Origin: Setoptus koraiensis
Taxonomy: Eukaryota; Animalia; Arthropoda
Length of the DNA: 64,000 nt
Assembly: GCA_048013815.1 (NCBI GenBank)
Contig: CM106585.1
Coordinates: forward strand, 1,178,001-1,242,000
Direction of reading: 5' to 3'
The first letter of the stretch is position 1. The number at the start of each line of letters is the position of its first letter. Made by a program: the position numbers and the translations under genes. A model generated the notes under the pieces. It saw nothing but the letters and a program-made list of their open reading frames with translations. It was not told the DNA's origin and searched no databases. This document shows, piece by piece, positions 29,501 through 44,799 of this stretch.

Positions 29501-32039
29501 TCCTTTTCTTTTTGCCCACTCCATCTCGCACTCTCTTGTTACCTTGCTGTTTCTTTCTACACACTGCACACTACACACTACACGCCAGCCACTGTGTGTT
29601 GTTTGGTTGTGGGAAAAGGGGCCCCAGGCGTAATACGCACACACACACTTACACGCACCCACACATGGCAAGCTTACAATGTGACACCACTACTTTGTAT
29701 TCAACTCGTAACGCTGTCCAACATATGGAATATAAACACCATATCGCACAATGGGCGCTGATATATCTGAATAGTGGCACCGCTGGCTGTAGTGTCATTG
29801 TTTTAGCTACTTAGCTCATATATTTTTCGGCGTGGTGGCGCTACTTGTCAGTGATACTACCAGTCACGAGTGTGTCCAACTAAACCAGTCAACAGCCATT
29901 AAATGTGATCTAGTTTTATTTTGATTTCACTCGTCTCATCCGTTGATCTCATTTTAGCTCATTTGATCTCTTTCTTTGCCTGGCTCTCATCGTTTGGCTG
30001 TCTCGTTGCTGCACTCTCTACTATCGCTTCTGAGTCTCTGGCTAGACTCACGAGACTCACCCTACCCAGAGCACAGGAGTGTTACATAATATGTAAGTGA
30101 GTGAAAAATAACCAGTAAATAGTTTGAATTTTCTAGTCTCATTGTACACATACAAAATGTAAAATTCAGTCGTTTTCTTTCAGTTGTCGCCGGGCCTTCC
30201 CCGCTGGGTGACAGACACATGAATCTGTGCCTTGGTTGCGTTGCTTATGCAACTGCTGGCCAACGAGGAGCCCGATCTAAATGGGGATATACTGTCTGTT
30301 CATGACACCCAGATTTGAATATTTTCTTTTGGTGCTACACGCAGAGAGGCCAAAGAAGCGGAAGAAGAATGGCATCGTTTCGGTATTTGGCGCTTGTCGC
30401 CGTGGTCGTTGTTACCGTGCCCGTTACCGGCTAATACCGACCAGCTACAACAACACAACTGGCACCACTGGCGATGTCCTTTAGACAAAACTGATGCTCT
30501 TAATCGACACAAATGTGTATTTATGTTCAATACTATGCGCACCTATCCATTTATCCTTTGTGTTGCGCCCCAAACATTGTGCACTAAACATTGAAAACGT
30601 TTGTTTGTGTCCGCTGTTAGTTAAAATTGTGTCTTTGCATAAAAATAACCAAGCCAGTAGAATGTACTGACAGCCAGTAGAGACAAAGTGAAACTTAAAT
30701 CTACCAATAGTGTCGCCATATTGACAATGGCGGGCACCTAAGCGAACCGAGTCTCTCATTTATAATAAATTACTATTACAAACAAACAAAATGCTACACT
30801 ACGATAATCGCTTGATCAGCTTTCGTTTTTTTTTGGTGCATGAGGCCCCGGTCGCGTGGGCGAGCGAGGCGCGAAACAATGGCTCTGTTTGTGGCAGCGC
30901 ATAACAAGCTGGCCAGCAGGCTGCGTTGCAAGCCAGATAGAGACAGATAATCTATTAAAATTAAAATGAAAAATACATCATATACGCTGCATGTGATCAG
31001 CATTACGATGTTTATACATTAACTCAGAGTCGCTACATAAAAACAACACACAGCTTATTTCATCCAGTGTATGTGTTGTCGCTAAAAAGATAGTCAGCCT
31101 CGCCAGTGGCTGGCCCCAACAAAACAGCTCGCCACCATGTGATGTCATTGTTTTGTCCGATACTTGATACCAGACACTAGCCTCTATCAGATACTATCTA
31201 ACATCTGGTGCCATACATACATAAAGTTGCTAGATATAGTGGACGCGACGGCGACTAGGTATCGCACGAGCGGAAACTAGCGCGGGCCAGAGGCGAAACG
31301 ATTGAAACATACAAAGTAATTAAGATATCAAGATGCTACAGATATCGCTTGCTTGTAAATTGATTTCAGCCAGTGATGTATCAATCTAGTCACCTCAAGA
31401 TATTGAATTGTTTTTGGGGCCCGCAAACAAGCAAAGCGACCACTGCAACTTTGTATAGCAGCGCACCAATTAACCGACCGAGCCCGATCCAGATAACATA
31501 TCCATCATTATGTAATCATTATTTGATCATCACACTGCACGCGACTCAAGACACTCGCTCATCGTCTGTCTAGCAAATAACTGGCCCCAAAGCAATAAAG
31601 AACAAGCTCGATGGATTGCAATTTCGATTCGAAGCGGCTCCAACGTTTATCTAGTGGGAAAATTTGTCAATTTATTAAGAACGATGCAATGTAGCCATTA
31701 CAGTTCACATTATCTCAGAAGGTTGTTGTTGCCGTTGCAGGCAAATTATGGCAGCAATCAATCATTCGGACTTGTTGTATGTCACTCAGCTACATGGCGC
31801 AATACACATGACAGTGTACAGCAGTTTCGGCTGACAAACAATTTCGAGCCACGGGTAAAACAATTTCAAGTTCAGAGCCACTTGTCGCTATCATTTATGA
31901 AGCATAAAAGCAGAGACAGTTTATATACAGTCTCGTAACTGTTGTTAGCGAGTGTAGCCAAAGGTGGACAGAGATCATCGGCGCGAATAAGTGACATGCG
32001 CTGGCCAGACGTAGATGGATTATTGCTGCAATTACGAGC

Positions 32040-32160
32040 CGTTGTGGTTGTTGGTGCGGTTGTTGGTGCGGTTGTTGGTGTGGTTGTTGGTGTGGTTGAT
32101 GGTGTTGTTGTTGTTGTCGTTGTTGTTGTCGTTGTGGCTGCTGTTGTGGCTGTTGTTGCG
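32040..32160. repeat. Imperfect (GTT/GGT)n microsatellite with 12-bp higher-order units
   Basis: Directly visible gttgttggtgcg/gttgttggtgtg units. Confidence 0.85.
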
Positions 32161-35100
32161 GAGATCGCGAACAAGCGTTATTAATGGTTTTTGTTCTTGT
32201 CGTTCGATGCTTTGTTACAAACAACAAGATCATTCAGTCATATTGGGGCCCACACAAAAGGCACGAGAGAGGCAGAGAACAAAGAATCAGTTGCAATTTG
32301 GCAATGCACAAAATAATGGACACCAAACAACAGCGAAGGTCACTATTAACTACTGTCCAGACGAAAATCCAAAAGACATTAAGATGGATCATAGCGGAAC
32401 GTTATACATACTGAAATAGACAGAGCGAGCGAGAGTAACTTGTATTATAACTTTATTCAGTGGCCACAATCTAATAGATTTTTCCAACTCATGTGAGGCC
32501 CGCTTGTGCCCATAAATATGTGTATATAACAGACAAACAAACAAACAAATAAATGAATGAATTACTCGCATGCTATGACATGTATACCGATACAGGCCAC
32601 GCTCATCATGTCCTAATATAATAAGTTTGTCCTTTAAATGGCTCAACTGCGTCAAAAGGGGACCGAGGGGGCCTTTGGGGCTTTAATTTGTCAATCCTGT
32701 CATTGCCTGGGTCACTCTCTCTCTCTCTCTCTTGCTGGCAGAAAATCTCTGGATCTCTGTCCCTTACATTTCTGTCTGTTTTCGCTCTGCTCTTGCTGGC
32801 TATCATTATAACTATATCTTAACATAATCCTTGTATGTTATATTATAGTTGCTGGCCTTATATTGCCCGCTGCGTGATATATGATCAATCAGAAACAAAT
32901 TGCCTAGCCACAAACTCATTTGTCTATCCATGTTCATTCTATCTATTTGCTTTTGGCCTCTTTCTATCACTTTCTCCTTCCTCTCTCTCCCCGTCTCCCT
33001 GTCTCCCTTTCTCTCCGCCCCCTGTCTCCCTGTCTCCCTTTCTCTCTGTCCCCCTGTCTCGCTGTCTTTCTTTGACAGAAATTCTGTTTCTCCCTTTCTC
33101 TCACTATCCTCATAGTTGATTCACACTCAATATTAGTGACAGTTTCACTTAAGCGCAAACCCCAATTGATATATACAGGATAACGGTCTTTGTGCTGTAT
33201 GTCTAGTATACTGTCTGCCAGAGGGAGCCTTTTGCCTTCTTTTCTTTTCTTTTTCACTTTATCCCTCTTCTGACCATTTAAACCGACCGACGACTTGCAC
33301 AAACTTGTTCCTCTCACAATAACCGTTTCTCAACGAATTGTTCTCTTTCACATAGAACAATTCTCTGTTTCTCAGTTGCAAAGAAAAATCTTTTCAATGA
33401 CCCGGATAAGCCGATATCTACCGAAAAAAGCAAGCAAAACAGTGGTCAGCTTATACTTGCCTCACCACTGATTCATTATGTAAGTCGCACTTAATGACAC
33501 ACTATTAACTTTGCCGTTCTGTCTGTTGCTACAAAATAAAATTGAATGACTACATCTTTGTCTGGCTTGTCAATGTAATGATGATTATTATTGTCAATTT
33601 ATAATAACACCACAGCTAACTGTAAAGATATTGTGTTACTATTTGGACCAGTTGAACAATGGCTTTAAAGCGGGCCAACGGACAAAAACGGGCGATATCC
33701 GCAGAGAAAAACTGCCACTCGAAATCTAGACCAGACTGAGATTATTATTGGCGATAAAGAATGATAAAGAGACTAGCTTGTTTTACTTATTGGACACTCA
33801 GTGTCCAGCACCAAAAGTAACGCGTCTGCGACAGCCAATCATTCGACTGGCCATTCTTGGTGCAGCTCGAAATCGAGCTCACCATATCGGGTCATAATGT
33901 AACTGGAACTCAGATTATCTGAGTAACTGGACAGACTGAAGAAAACAAAGACTTTTCAAGATTATGACACACGCCAGAGGAAAAAATATTCTTTCATTTG
34001 TAACTATTCTCCCTGCTCAACGCTGCTATGTGTTGAGGCTCATTTTAGCCCATCGGGCCGATACAAAAAAGTGTCCGATTGATCGCGCTGCAAGTGTAGA
34101 GGCAAACACCAGATTTTTGGTTGTTTGGGGCCGGGCAATCTGACCGAAACGAGTGCCTCACGACTCACGGGCACGATCCAATCGATTGCTGGTGAAAAAG
34201 GGTACGGCACGTAAAGATCGTATCGTGTATCTCTAGATGAGTGGATGGTCGTAGCTGCGATTAGCGCAAGAGTGTACCCAAGCGCCTCTGAAAACTTGTG
34301 GTGTTTTGGTTGTCGTTGCTGGAAAGCTTGTTTCAAAATGGAATTGTCTAAATGTAGCTGGGGCTCGTTGGCAGCAGCAGCAGAAGAAGATTATCTGTTT
34401 TGTGGAGTGAAAATGCGATCGATTTAGAGCTGAACCAATTTTATACGATATGGGCCTCAATTTCACCATTATTACTGCTAATATTGCCTGCGCTGTTCAG
34501 CTCAACTAATTTCGCTCAATTATCTTATCCACTGGATATTGAGAATTGGCCCGACTGAATTTTCTATCTCGCTGGCTGTATGTGTTCGGTTATAACACAA
34601 CAATTGATATTTATAGCTGATATGTAACGCTGTTGTCGGCGTCACCACGACCACTGATCTATCTGCTGGCAAGATCTAAATTTGTCAACAAAATTCGGCC
34701 ACATACATTGGGCTCGCGTGTCGGGCTGCCCGTATAACGGTTTGTGTGTCGCGTCGCGGATAAAATTGCCACCGACAAGATGGGCCGTGCATTGGTTAAA
34801 AGCAGGGAGCGCGACAAGAGACGAGAGACAAGGGACGAGAGACGAGAGACAAGAGAAATCAATTTGGATCAATCGCAGAGGCGATCAAGCGCGCCGCTAC
34901 ATTAATAGTGTATCTCTCTCAAATTTATCACCACTGGCCCAACTGGCGAGTCGCAACTGGCAACAGAATTAGGCGCACTTGCGATGGAATCGGCCCAACT
35001 TTTGGCCAGTTGCAAACTTGTTGTGACTGGGCCAATTCTTCGGGGCCGAGCCGGCTCGATATGCGAGATCTGGCCGATCTGGTGAGCACAACAACAATCA

Positions 35101-37652
35101 CTGACATACTTCACATGAAAAATGTTTACGTAATGCGGCCCGTTGTCGTTGTCGCTGTGCCGGTCACAACAATAACTGGCCATTGCGATTGTGGTGGCTC
35201 ATTCAAGGATATTCGCTAGTTGTGTGCTTGACTCGCACAAATATATCATATCAGATGTATGCAGACTTATGCATGAATAGTTGATAAAGTGCACATTAGT
35301 GGCTACACAAATTGACAGATTGGCCGGACACAAACAAGCCCGAGACAGCCGGCCAAAACAAATGTGGCTGCACACAAATAGTGAAAAGTGAAAGACTTGT
35401 CGATAGAGACGTCGCCGGCAACAAACCGAGCGCCTTCATTTGTCTGCTCAGTCGCTGCTCAGTGGTCAATGTGAGTGACTCGCCCGGGGCCCCATCAGGC
35501 AAAGTCAGTGGGCAATGTGAGGCGAGCTCGAGGGCCAAAACTTGATGATGACGCTTTCGAGTGCCTTAATTGTGCGACAGCCAGCTAGCGGGTCGGTCAA
35601 TTTTTGCCATTTTCAGCAACGTTCGCAGCGGATAAGTGAATGAGCCACAGGGACCCAGATTTGCTGCCCACAATAGCTGGCACAATGCTGAGGGCCTGCT
35701 CATTGGGCGCCCCATTCGGCCACCCGACCCGAACAACCGAGCACAAGCCGATACATTGCACAGTGCTCTTTTTGCTGGCCAATGTACAGCGAGCAAACAT
35801 TGGTGGAGTGTGGCTCAATTGGCCAATTGTTTTGCCTTCACAATATGGGAACGAGGGCCACTTGAGCTTGAAATAAGAGCACGCCGCCGACAGAGCAACA
35901 TAGGCCTAGACGGATAAAAGTGACGGATCCGCGAGCGAGCGGCAAAAGTGCGCCTCGGAATCAATGTTGAGCGTTTTATCAATCAATTGAGTATCTTGCA
36001 TTTCGCCTGAGTCAACTTAACAACGGAGCCACTTACATCTGAGCCAACTGTTTGTTCGTCTGGCTGTCTTATCTTATTGGTTTGTGTATTTGTTTTTGTT
36101 TACCGTTCTCATGTCGATGATTGAGCGTCAGGCGTTTGTTGGGCTTGTTGCAATCACTTGAGCCGAGTGCGGGCACTTTTGCGGTGGCCTCATTGATTCA
36201 ATTCGCCTTTTGCCGTTCGCCAAGTGGCCGCCTGTACACAACCGCACGTACAGTTTGGACAGATAAAATAAATGAATGAACAACAGTGATAATTGGCCAG
36301 CTAGTTGGCCACTGGCTGCACGAGCCCTAGCTGCGAGCATTTTAAATTGGCCACTAACACAACCGGTTGAAATAAATTGATTGAAATATGGCGTATCGTT
36401 TGATTGTATAAGCCGGGCGTCGTGTCGTGGCGCCAGCTCCAAAGCGAGCGTTCAGTTGGCACGAGCAAGGTATGGTAAGACATTGATATTACACAACAAT
36501 TCAATTATCTTGCTCTTACACAGTTTAGTCAATATACAACGGGCAGGCCCATTGTTTATCGTGATGCAAACATGCGAGAGGCGCGACGCAAGACGCGCGA
36601 TGCTGTTTGAGTTCGCCAGCAGAGGCGCGAGAGGCGCGAAAGTGCGAAATGCTAAATGCGAACCACGAAATGCTAAATGCAAAACGCCAAGTGCGAAACG
36701 AACGCGCCACATCTCAGCGTGAGAGAGCCAGAGAGAGAGGGAGAGAGAGAGTGAGAAATCGAGTAACGGTGGCGCGAACAAGTAAATGGCTGGTAAATTG
36801 TGAGTCGCGAGCGAAAGAGTGAACGGTGAATCAATCAAGTGCGCGCCTCTCGCCCGAATTCTAATCACCCAATTAGCTGGCTGCCAGCGGCTGGCGACTC
36901 GCCGGCCCGGCATGCATACATGCACAGACAGAGCTCGCTTGTTTGCTCTAAGTGCTGCCTGTCTAGCCTGACTAGTCTAGCCAGAGTGGCGAGCCACGCC
37001 GAGTGTCGTATGATCCGTGTTAAATCAGAGCATCTGTTTGGGACAGAGAACGAGTGCGCAGCACTTTTGCTCGGTTTGCTTGCGCTAGGGGGCCCCTCAA
37101 AAGTGGGCCACACAACCGCATGCAAACAGAGCGACGCGCAAACAGCAAACCACCGGGCCACATCGAGGGGCCATTTCCTCTGGTGATTAATTCTAAATTC
37201 GAATCAAGCGTCGACGGGGCCCCAGTGAGCCTGAGTGTATGTGAGTTGGCTGTGTGCGGCGGGGCTAATTTGCGCGTACCACCAGTGGCAAACATTTGCC
37301 CATTTGTCGGTTTGTCGAGCAGCACAACAAATGGGCACAACCAATGGGCATGGGCTTACAGAATGAATGGCGGCGCCCCCGAGTTGGCCCTCAAGTTCAC
37401 CGGCTGAACTTTTCAAGTTTGCTCTCTCAAGTGCCCGATTGTCGGATGGATTTTGAGCGTGCCGCGCCGTTAATGTTTATACTGCCGGCATGGCCAATAT
37501 TTGATAATATTTGATAATATTTGATCATTCTAGCAGTGCCATCCATTGTTATGCGCAACACACAAAAACGAGGCTAGACAAGTGCATGAATTTTGGGTTT
37601 GGGGCGCCGCGTTGGCCGTTGCTGGTGGTGCCGCCACCAGCGCGCAGTTACA

Positions 37653-37706
37653 GCCGACGCCATAACCGACGCAGTGCTGACGCCATAACCGACGCAGTGC
37701 CGACGC
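37653..37706. repeat. 23-bp tandem duplication (about 2.3 copies)
   Basis: gc(c/t)gacgccataaccgacgcagt at 37653 and 37676, with a partial copy at 37699. Confidence 0.9.
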
Positions 37707-39217
37707 GCCCGAAATAACGGTGCGCGACGGCAATAAGGCAAAAAATTCAAATTTTGCCATTTGGCCATTCATAGACAGAGCAAGAATTCATTTATCGCCA
37801 ATTCATTCGATTCAATGCACTCTCGATGTAGTGCCAACACACGACACACGGTAATTGCTATCAATGGTTCGCGTCTCAATTCTCAAGTGTTCGCTGGGGC
37901 GCGCACACGAGTTCGCCGAGGTGCCCCCTCAACTGGCAATTCTTTTTCGCGATAGCGCGAGCACGTTGAAACTTTCAACTTGAAAGCGAAAGCGAAAGCG
38001 AAAGAATTCAAAAAGGAAGTTGGCAGGCGAAATTCTAAATTCGAAAAGGAAATTCGCAAGCGAATTCCGAAAGGGAAATTCGAATTGCGAACGCGCCAAA
38101 ATGATGACGACCGCGCGCAGGGGGCACCATCCTTTTCTTGGCCTCGTCGCAGCCGGGCCAACAGTGGGACACACACGCAATTGCGACACAGACAATTGTT
38201 GGCCATCAACGGCTTGCGGGCCCGCCATAATGCCACAAACAGTTGTTACGCACAACTCGCCCCGTTCCATGAATTATGGCGTCAATTATTGACTAGTGCA
38301 ATCATGTATTGTATTGGCGCGCAGACTTACGTTTGCTGCTTGCCATTACTGGGGCCCGGTCATATAATGCTCAGTTATGCGCGTTCTTACGCTCGCTTGA
38401 TCGTTCGTTTACCTGGAAAAGAAATAAATAACGCAGCGCAGCGCAACCAGACAAAGCGAAACGCAACAACACAACGGAACACAGGTGAATTTTATCGCTC
38501 TCACAAGCGGCCTACGCTAGCGTGTACATGTCATGTCATCCAAACCGCCCCTCACAAACTTAACCCGTGATAACTGCCGAGCCAGCCATGCAAAGACACC
38601 AAATGGGCAGCCACAATTTTGTATCAATTTTGTGCAATGTTGTTGTTGTCGCCCGCCTATTCATTTGTTGTGCATGCCATCCAATCCAATAGATAGCAAC
38701 AAATAATATTTATCCGGCTCACTCGTAACTGTGAGTGCACTGTCACAAACGGCGCTCTGCCATCACTGGCCACAGTCAGAGAATCGCTTGCGAAAAATTC
38801 CTTGCAAGTTCAAAAATGGGGCCCAACTGCGCCCAGCGACCAGCGTTGTGTGCTACTGACGTTTCCCGCACTTCAATTGCATCACACCTCGGCCTCATCG
38901 GGCCCCAACGAAGCTCCCGCAAACTCGGCCAGCTGAATCGAAACACTTAGCCACGTTGAGCTGGCAAGTGTCACGGTGTTCCGTTTCGCTACCTGAAATG
39001 AAAATTTTCAGCGCCTGTTCGTGGCGAGCAACATGCCCAAATGTTGTGGTATCATCACAGCAGCAATATTGTGTGTTGCATGTTTGGTATAAATCAATTA
39101 CGTCGCTCTTATCGGGACCATTTATAAATGGACTGGTTATTGCTTCTTTTTATACTCCCTACACAAGCACCCAGCGATTAATGTGAGCTGTATCTGAACG
39201 CTCACACTGGCTCAAAC

Positions 39218-39474
39218 TGGCGACCAGATCTCGGCGGCAAATATCTGGAGAGGTGAAAATACTCGCAAGAAACAACATCCGGTGGATGCGAACTGGCGCT
39301 AGATTCGCGCTAAATCTGTTTCGCTTGCAACACAAGAAGCGAGTTATCTTGATAGCTGAGCTCCCAAACGAATCACCCTTATCTCTCTCAAGCGAGCTAA
39401 TTCTGTTTAATTCCTCTGCCATTAGATTTGTGAAAGAGATAAAGCTAGCTCTGCACTGGATATCGCAAAGATAG
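39218..39474 (+). mobile_element. Possible degenerate Ty3/Gypsy gag N-terminal remnant
   Basis: WMRTGARFALNLFRLQHKKRVILIAELPNE...VKEIKLAL resembles, from memory, the WFxQxEAxFxLxxI...VxAxLPxE...YxxLKxAL pattern of arthropod Gypsy gag. It is preceded by a PBS-like TGGCGACC at 39218. No LTR or pol was seen. Confidence 0.3.
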
Positions 39475-42400
39475 CCCAGCCATCTCAAGCGACTCCTACT
39501 GGCATTCCGATCACCAGAGTCGGCTGACCAAAAGCACCGCATTGCATGCACTAAACTCTTCATGAGCCCTTCTCTTTTTCATTTTTATGTGGCCCATTTC
39601 TCCGACAAATGCACCAACAAATCTGCGAAATCGTTCAATAGCCTGCGTGTTAGGTGGCCTGTAGTTCATGCACGACTGGTTGAAGCAATTCGCGGTTTTT
39701 ATCGTGAAAATCTGAGCAAACAAATAAATAAATGACCAACCAGAACTGCGGAATTCAATTAAAACATCTCACATCTTCTCTTGCGAGAAGTTTTCAACTT
39801 GTGGTCATATTATCGCCCATTATCACAGCTACGTGTCAAGATTCATTTTGAGGCGCAAATTTGTCTTGTGCACAGTTGCTAGTGATCAAAAACTTGTTAC
39901 AAAGTATATTGAATTTCGCCAATCGACTTGGCTGGCGACACTCAATGCGATGGTTGCGTCAATCTTTGTTTATTGTTTCGTGCACGAGCTCAGTTGCTCT
40001 CACAATGGGACAGTTACAGATCTCATAGTTTATGAGACGGGACACTTTGTCTTCGCTCGTATTCGAGCACTTTCCCTCGTCTGATCTAACGAGGCCCCAT
40101 TTTGGCCCCCAAAACAATGTCTGAAACAGCTGATCGTGTTGTGTCAGCTTGTCATTTGGACTAGCATAAAGGACTGTTGCAATTGGACAATTGCATTAGC
40201 CACTAAAGGCAGCGACCAGCATTGAGACAAGTGGGCCGTCTTAGTTGATTTCGTTTGCTAAACTATTATTGGCCACTGACATTTCATGATGCTAACTCAC
40301 AATGAGCGTCACAACATGATTGTTGGCCATTGTTATCTAACAGGCCGTCTAGACAGCGAGCAACAAACTACAGGCAACAACCATTGCAAAGCACCAACAT
40401 ATACAACAGGCAAGCAAATTGTCTTTGTAATTCTCGTGTTGCCAATCTCTATTTTGCTGGCAACGTTGGGCGAGTTTTGCACGCAAATAAATGCCATTCG
40501 CCAAACAACACGGACATTCAACGGTCATCAGCAAGACACACAAATAAATAGATGAAAGCAACTACTCTCATCTATTTATTATTTCATTTATTGTTTATTG
40601 CTGCCGGCTTGTTTGCATTGCTGGTGGCATCGCTAAGAATATTGCATCGTCAGAATGTGCGGCCAGTGATCGTTGGCTCCTCAACAAGCCAACCGGCCTT
40701 ATGTGGCCCGCTGACCACTGACCAGTTGACATTTGGCTCTGCTATCATGCTGTCATATTTCTATTATTAGTTATCGCTTGCAAGCACTTGGACACCTCAC
40801 AGTGTTTGGTCCGTGAAACAAGAGTCAGAGGAAAAGGGATCATTGATGGTGGCGGCCACAAATGTGTTACACAGTATCTTCCTGGTTGGCAAGCTCGCGA
40901 ACAAGTTCAATTTATGAATTTGGCTAATACTTTGTTAGATTCCTCATCTGTAGCGTGAACTAACGCGACACTTATTTCTCGGAAAATCGCCCGACACCAA
41001 GCAGCGTAAGCATTGAATGGACACAAATTAAATTGCAAACACGCACAAGATGACCACCACCGCCAGCAGAGGCGCTGTCGCTGCTGGGATGTGGTTCGCA
41101 ATTAATAATACGAATGACTAATATTGATAATTGTCAATCTAGTCATGAACATGCTAGAGAGCGAGAGAGAGAGAGAGAGAGGGGGAGCGACTTAAGCAAA
41201 TAATACATCGTCTATCATTACTGAGAGGTTGTGATATATGGAACGAACGAGCGCATTGGATGAGGCCGAAATTAAATCGAGTTAGAGATGATTTAATGAG
41301 ATTTGATGAGATTTTGTCCATTCCATTACGTTCGCGTTCGTTCCAGTTCGTTTCGATGTCGCCTTTTGCTCACACTAACGCCAAACACTGAGCACGTTGC
41401 GGCGGCCTATCGATAATAAAACAGCCACGCGGGCTAAAGACAGAAGAATCCATTTATATTATTATTTTATATATATATAAATGTGGTGTATATATATGTG
41501 TGGCTCTGACTTTGCCAGCCACCATGAATACAAAACAAGTTGTTGTTTTGCGCTTACGCAATTCTCCGTGATATTGCTCGCAACCCACAAAAGTCCTGCA
41601 AACAAAACTGGTCAACTATCAATATTTAGCTCACACACATTCGCTCCAATTATTCCAATTGTTCTCATTGTCCCAGCTGGGCTGTGTCGCCGAACTTTTT
41701 ATTCGGGGGCCCCATTGGCTGGCTCTGCATCGAATGGATAAATTGAAATTGAAAACGAAATGAGAGTGGGCCACGTTTGGGGCCCCAAAACTGATTGTTT
41801 GAGCGATAGCGCTAAGCTTGTGCGGCCGCTAAATGTTGTAAGCGAGATTCAGTAGCAATTGGTAGCGATAACATGATTCAGTGGCCAGCGCAAAACTGAA
41901 TGCTTGCTCACCAAATTGTTGCTGTTGCTCACTGAGCTTATCGGCGAAACAAACATTATTGAATTGTTACTGTTATACAACCATATATCCAGTGCTATAT
42001 GAGTCTGTATGCAGCAATGCAGCCATCAGGCGATAGTTTATTTGGAACTGCTTGAGTGCGAGTTCAAGTTCAAATACAAAACTACATAGTAAAACAATAA
42101 TGATTTTTATAATAGTCTGTAAAATTGCCGTTAGATAAGCCGCTCATCTGCACTTCCTTGCTTACATATGAACCCAGACAACCGACTACCTGACAACCGA
42201 CGTTGCGATGATGTAACTAGATGGCTAGGCCGAGAGTGAGTCAAGAGAGAACTGGCAAGATATTACGGCAAGGTAACAGAGTGTGTACGTGTGCGATTGT
42301 GTCTCACATAAATTGGTCTGTCACTATCAATTCCGTGGGAACGAGCGAAATTCCTGAAAAATCTGGCACAAACTGAATGAGCGAGCGAGATAAAGTGTTT

Positions 42401-42779
42401 TCCTTTCTCATATCGCTTCATTTGGCTTCCCCGGAGAAGCATTCTCGTGTCTGATGCCCGTATGTTGAGCCGGCCGAGAACGTTTCTCGACCAGCTGTAT
42501 GTTGGCAAAAGGCCAGTCGAGAAAATACTCAGACAGGTGATATGAATCTATTTTATTTGGACTATTTTTCACATGCAACCCCTTTCTCAGGGAGATAGCC
42601 CCTTAGAGATAGATATCTCAGGAAGTTTCCCAGGGCCGTCTGGTGCTGTACATCCCTATGGTGCTCGCGATTCAACTCGGCCAGTCGTGCTGATGATAAT
42701 AATTTCACCGGACTCTGGTTACATGGATGAGCAGCTTCTGTAGAGATATCGTTGAGCAACAATGTGCACCATTTGAGAT

Positions 42780-43160
42780 TTGAGGCACCCTCAAAGTTTT
42801 AGGAGATAAAGAAAAACTGTGCTGAGAGACACAGTCGAGTATCTGATTAAGTCGTTTGACGTATTAATCAATTACTGCGAGCAAAATGACCTTAACCTTG
42901 CCACTTAGTGCACACTAACTGATTTCTAAATGTCGGTAATCGATGCAGTCAGAGCGAAGTTGCACAACTGCAACTGCAAAGCAACGGAAGTAACATCGCC
43001 GATTGCACGACGATGCTACTTCCGGTCTCAGTGCGCAACTGCATCAATTAGTAGCTCTAGCTTTCTTGGCGGAAGAAGAGATCCGAGCAGTGAATCACTC
43101 AGACAAATTGTCGATATAAGAGCACAAGGTTTTATTGAATGGTCAAGCAAATAGTATTTG
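42780..43160 (+). mobile_element. Degenerate Mutator-like (MULE) transposase fragment
   Basis: TLTDF*MSVIDAVRAK and LAFL..EEI...ESLRQIVDIRAQG align at nucleotide and protein level with the better-preserved MULE copy at 55.4-56.1 kb (TDFEMSIINAVGVK; DSLIQIIDVRAQG). Confidence 0.75.
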
Positions 43161-44799
43161 CCAAATACACGCCAGCGGATATTGTTTGTATTTATCGGTA
43201 GACGGCCAATTGGACAGCCATCGCAGAGCCCAACAGATTGGATTTATATTTATCGATTGATACTTGATTGAATAGTAATCACCAGCCGGTGACCATTTTT
43301 CGACACAAAAATGGTTTCATATCACTGATATGATATCAGTTGACAACGGCGAGAGGCAATTCGGAGGCCGGGCATTTCGTTGCAGCAGAGTTGGTTGTGG
43401 GTGATTGTTTATTAAAGAGGACCCAAGTGCAGCAGATCAATTAAGAATTGAAGCCAACAAGATCCTGTAAATACCGAAGGCAGGGGAGGCCTCTGATCTA
43501 ATTGCAAGTCTATTCTGGCTGCGAGAAGCGAGTGTAGCAAAGTGCCAACAAACTCGCCAGCTTGTCGGTCAATGTGCCATCGTTGAGCCATCGGTGGTTA
43601 GGCGTGGGTGGTGGCCCCAATATCGTGCATAATAAATAATATTCACATTCAACTCTGGGTTGCGCATTGGATATCGAGCAGCCATGGCAGCATTATTTTG
43701 TGTTGAACAGTCGCTGTGTGTCGTTGGCGCCCATCATAATCGTTGTGCCGGTCATTATGGTTTGTATAAAGTAGAGCAGTTGTTTACAGTAGTTTGTTTG
43801 TGTGATGCAACAACTACAAACAAAACGCACACACACACACACATGTAAAACTTGCATAGTTGTTAGCTCTCTATCAGTGAAATGAGAGAATGAGAGCGCG
43901 CTCTTGGTGAGTTGTGATGCAAACCGACAAAAAGCCCAAAGGCGAAAGCGTGACTGGCCAGTGGCCAGCCAGCAGCGCTTGTCATCCGGTCACGTACAAT
44001 TTCTATCAGCACACAACAACAACAACAGCAACAACGCCAACAGTTACCTATCATCTGAAATTCACAACGGTCAGTCTGACAAAGAATTGCGCGAGGGGGA
44101 GAGAGGCCAAGAACAGTTGCAGTGTGTGTGTTATCATGATTATCACGAGTCATTTATTACCCACTGCGCAATACGATACTATTTGATACCATTCTATCTG
44201 TTACTGAACCATACCGTAATAGTACGATACTTCACGATAAACACTCCGTTTGGTCAACGCCATTCTAGAGGCGCCGCCAACCAACTGCAGCTACACCGTG
44301 TCTAGACCCTCACGAGCTGTGTGTCAACGGCATCATCAACCGCTAGCTTGCCAGCAAGCATGTTGGGGCCAAAATGGGTTTGTTCTAAATTCAAAAACAC
44401 ACATTGATAAGATAAGATGATAATAATGTTGAAAGGTGTGTTTTTGTTTGTTTGGGTATGGACCCACGGGCCCGTGGTGTATCATCCATGTGTGTATACA
44501 TTCATTTTCTGGCTGTATCATGTCGTGCAATCTATCTGGCGGCGTCGCTTAGTTGCATGCAGTGGCATTAGATCATCTCGTCTTGTATCAGCCACACATC
44601 GCATAATATCCTATTAGAACTTATCAAATCAAATCATACCATTTCGTGTCACATCACATCATCACATCCACCAGTGCGTGTATGTATGCGCGTGCCAGCG
44701 ACCTGTCAGATTATCTCACAATTGTCAGGTGATCAGTTTGTTGTTGCCAACAGCTGACTCACTGTGTCGTTCATCGAGCTAGATTTTTTGCCCCCTTCA

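Noticed and set aside
37980-38100. Cluster of GAAATTC/TTCGAA motifs as heat-shock or NF-kB elements, and the 196-aa ORF over it
   Set aside because: Spacing does not fit nGAAnnTTCn, there is no full GGGRNWYYCC, and the ORF is repeat-derived.
42260-42770. Possible LTR-retrotransposon integrase fragment next to the MULE remnant
   Set aside because: Weak partial resemblances on both strands with no consistent DDE or HHCC motif set.
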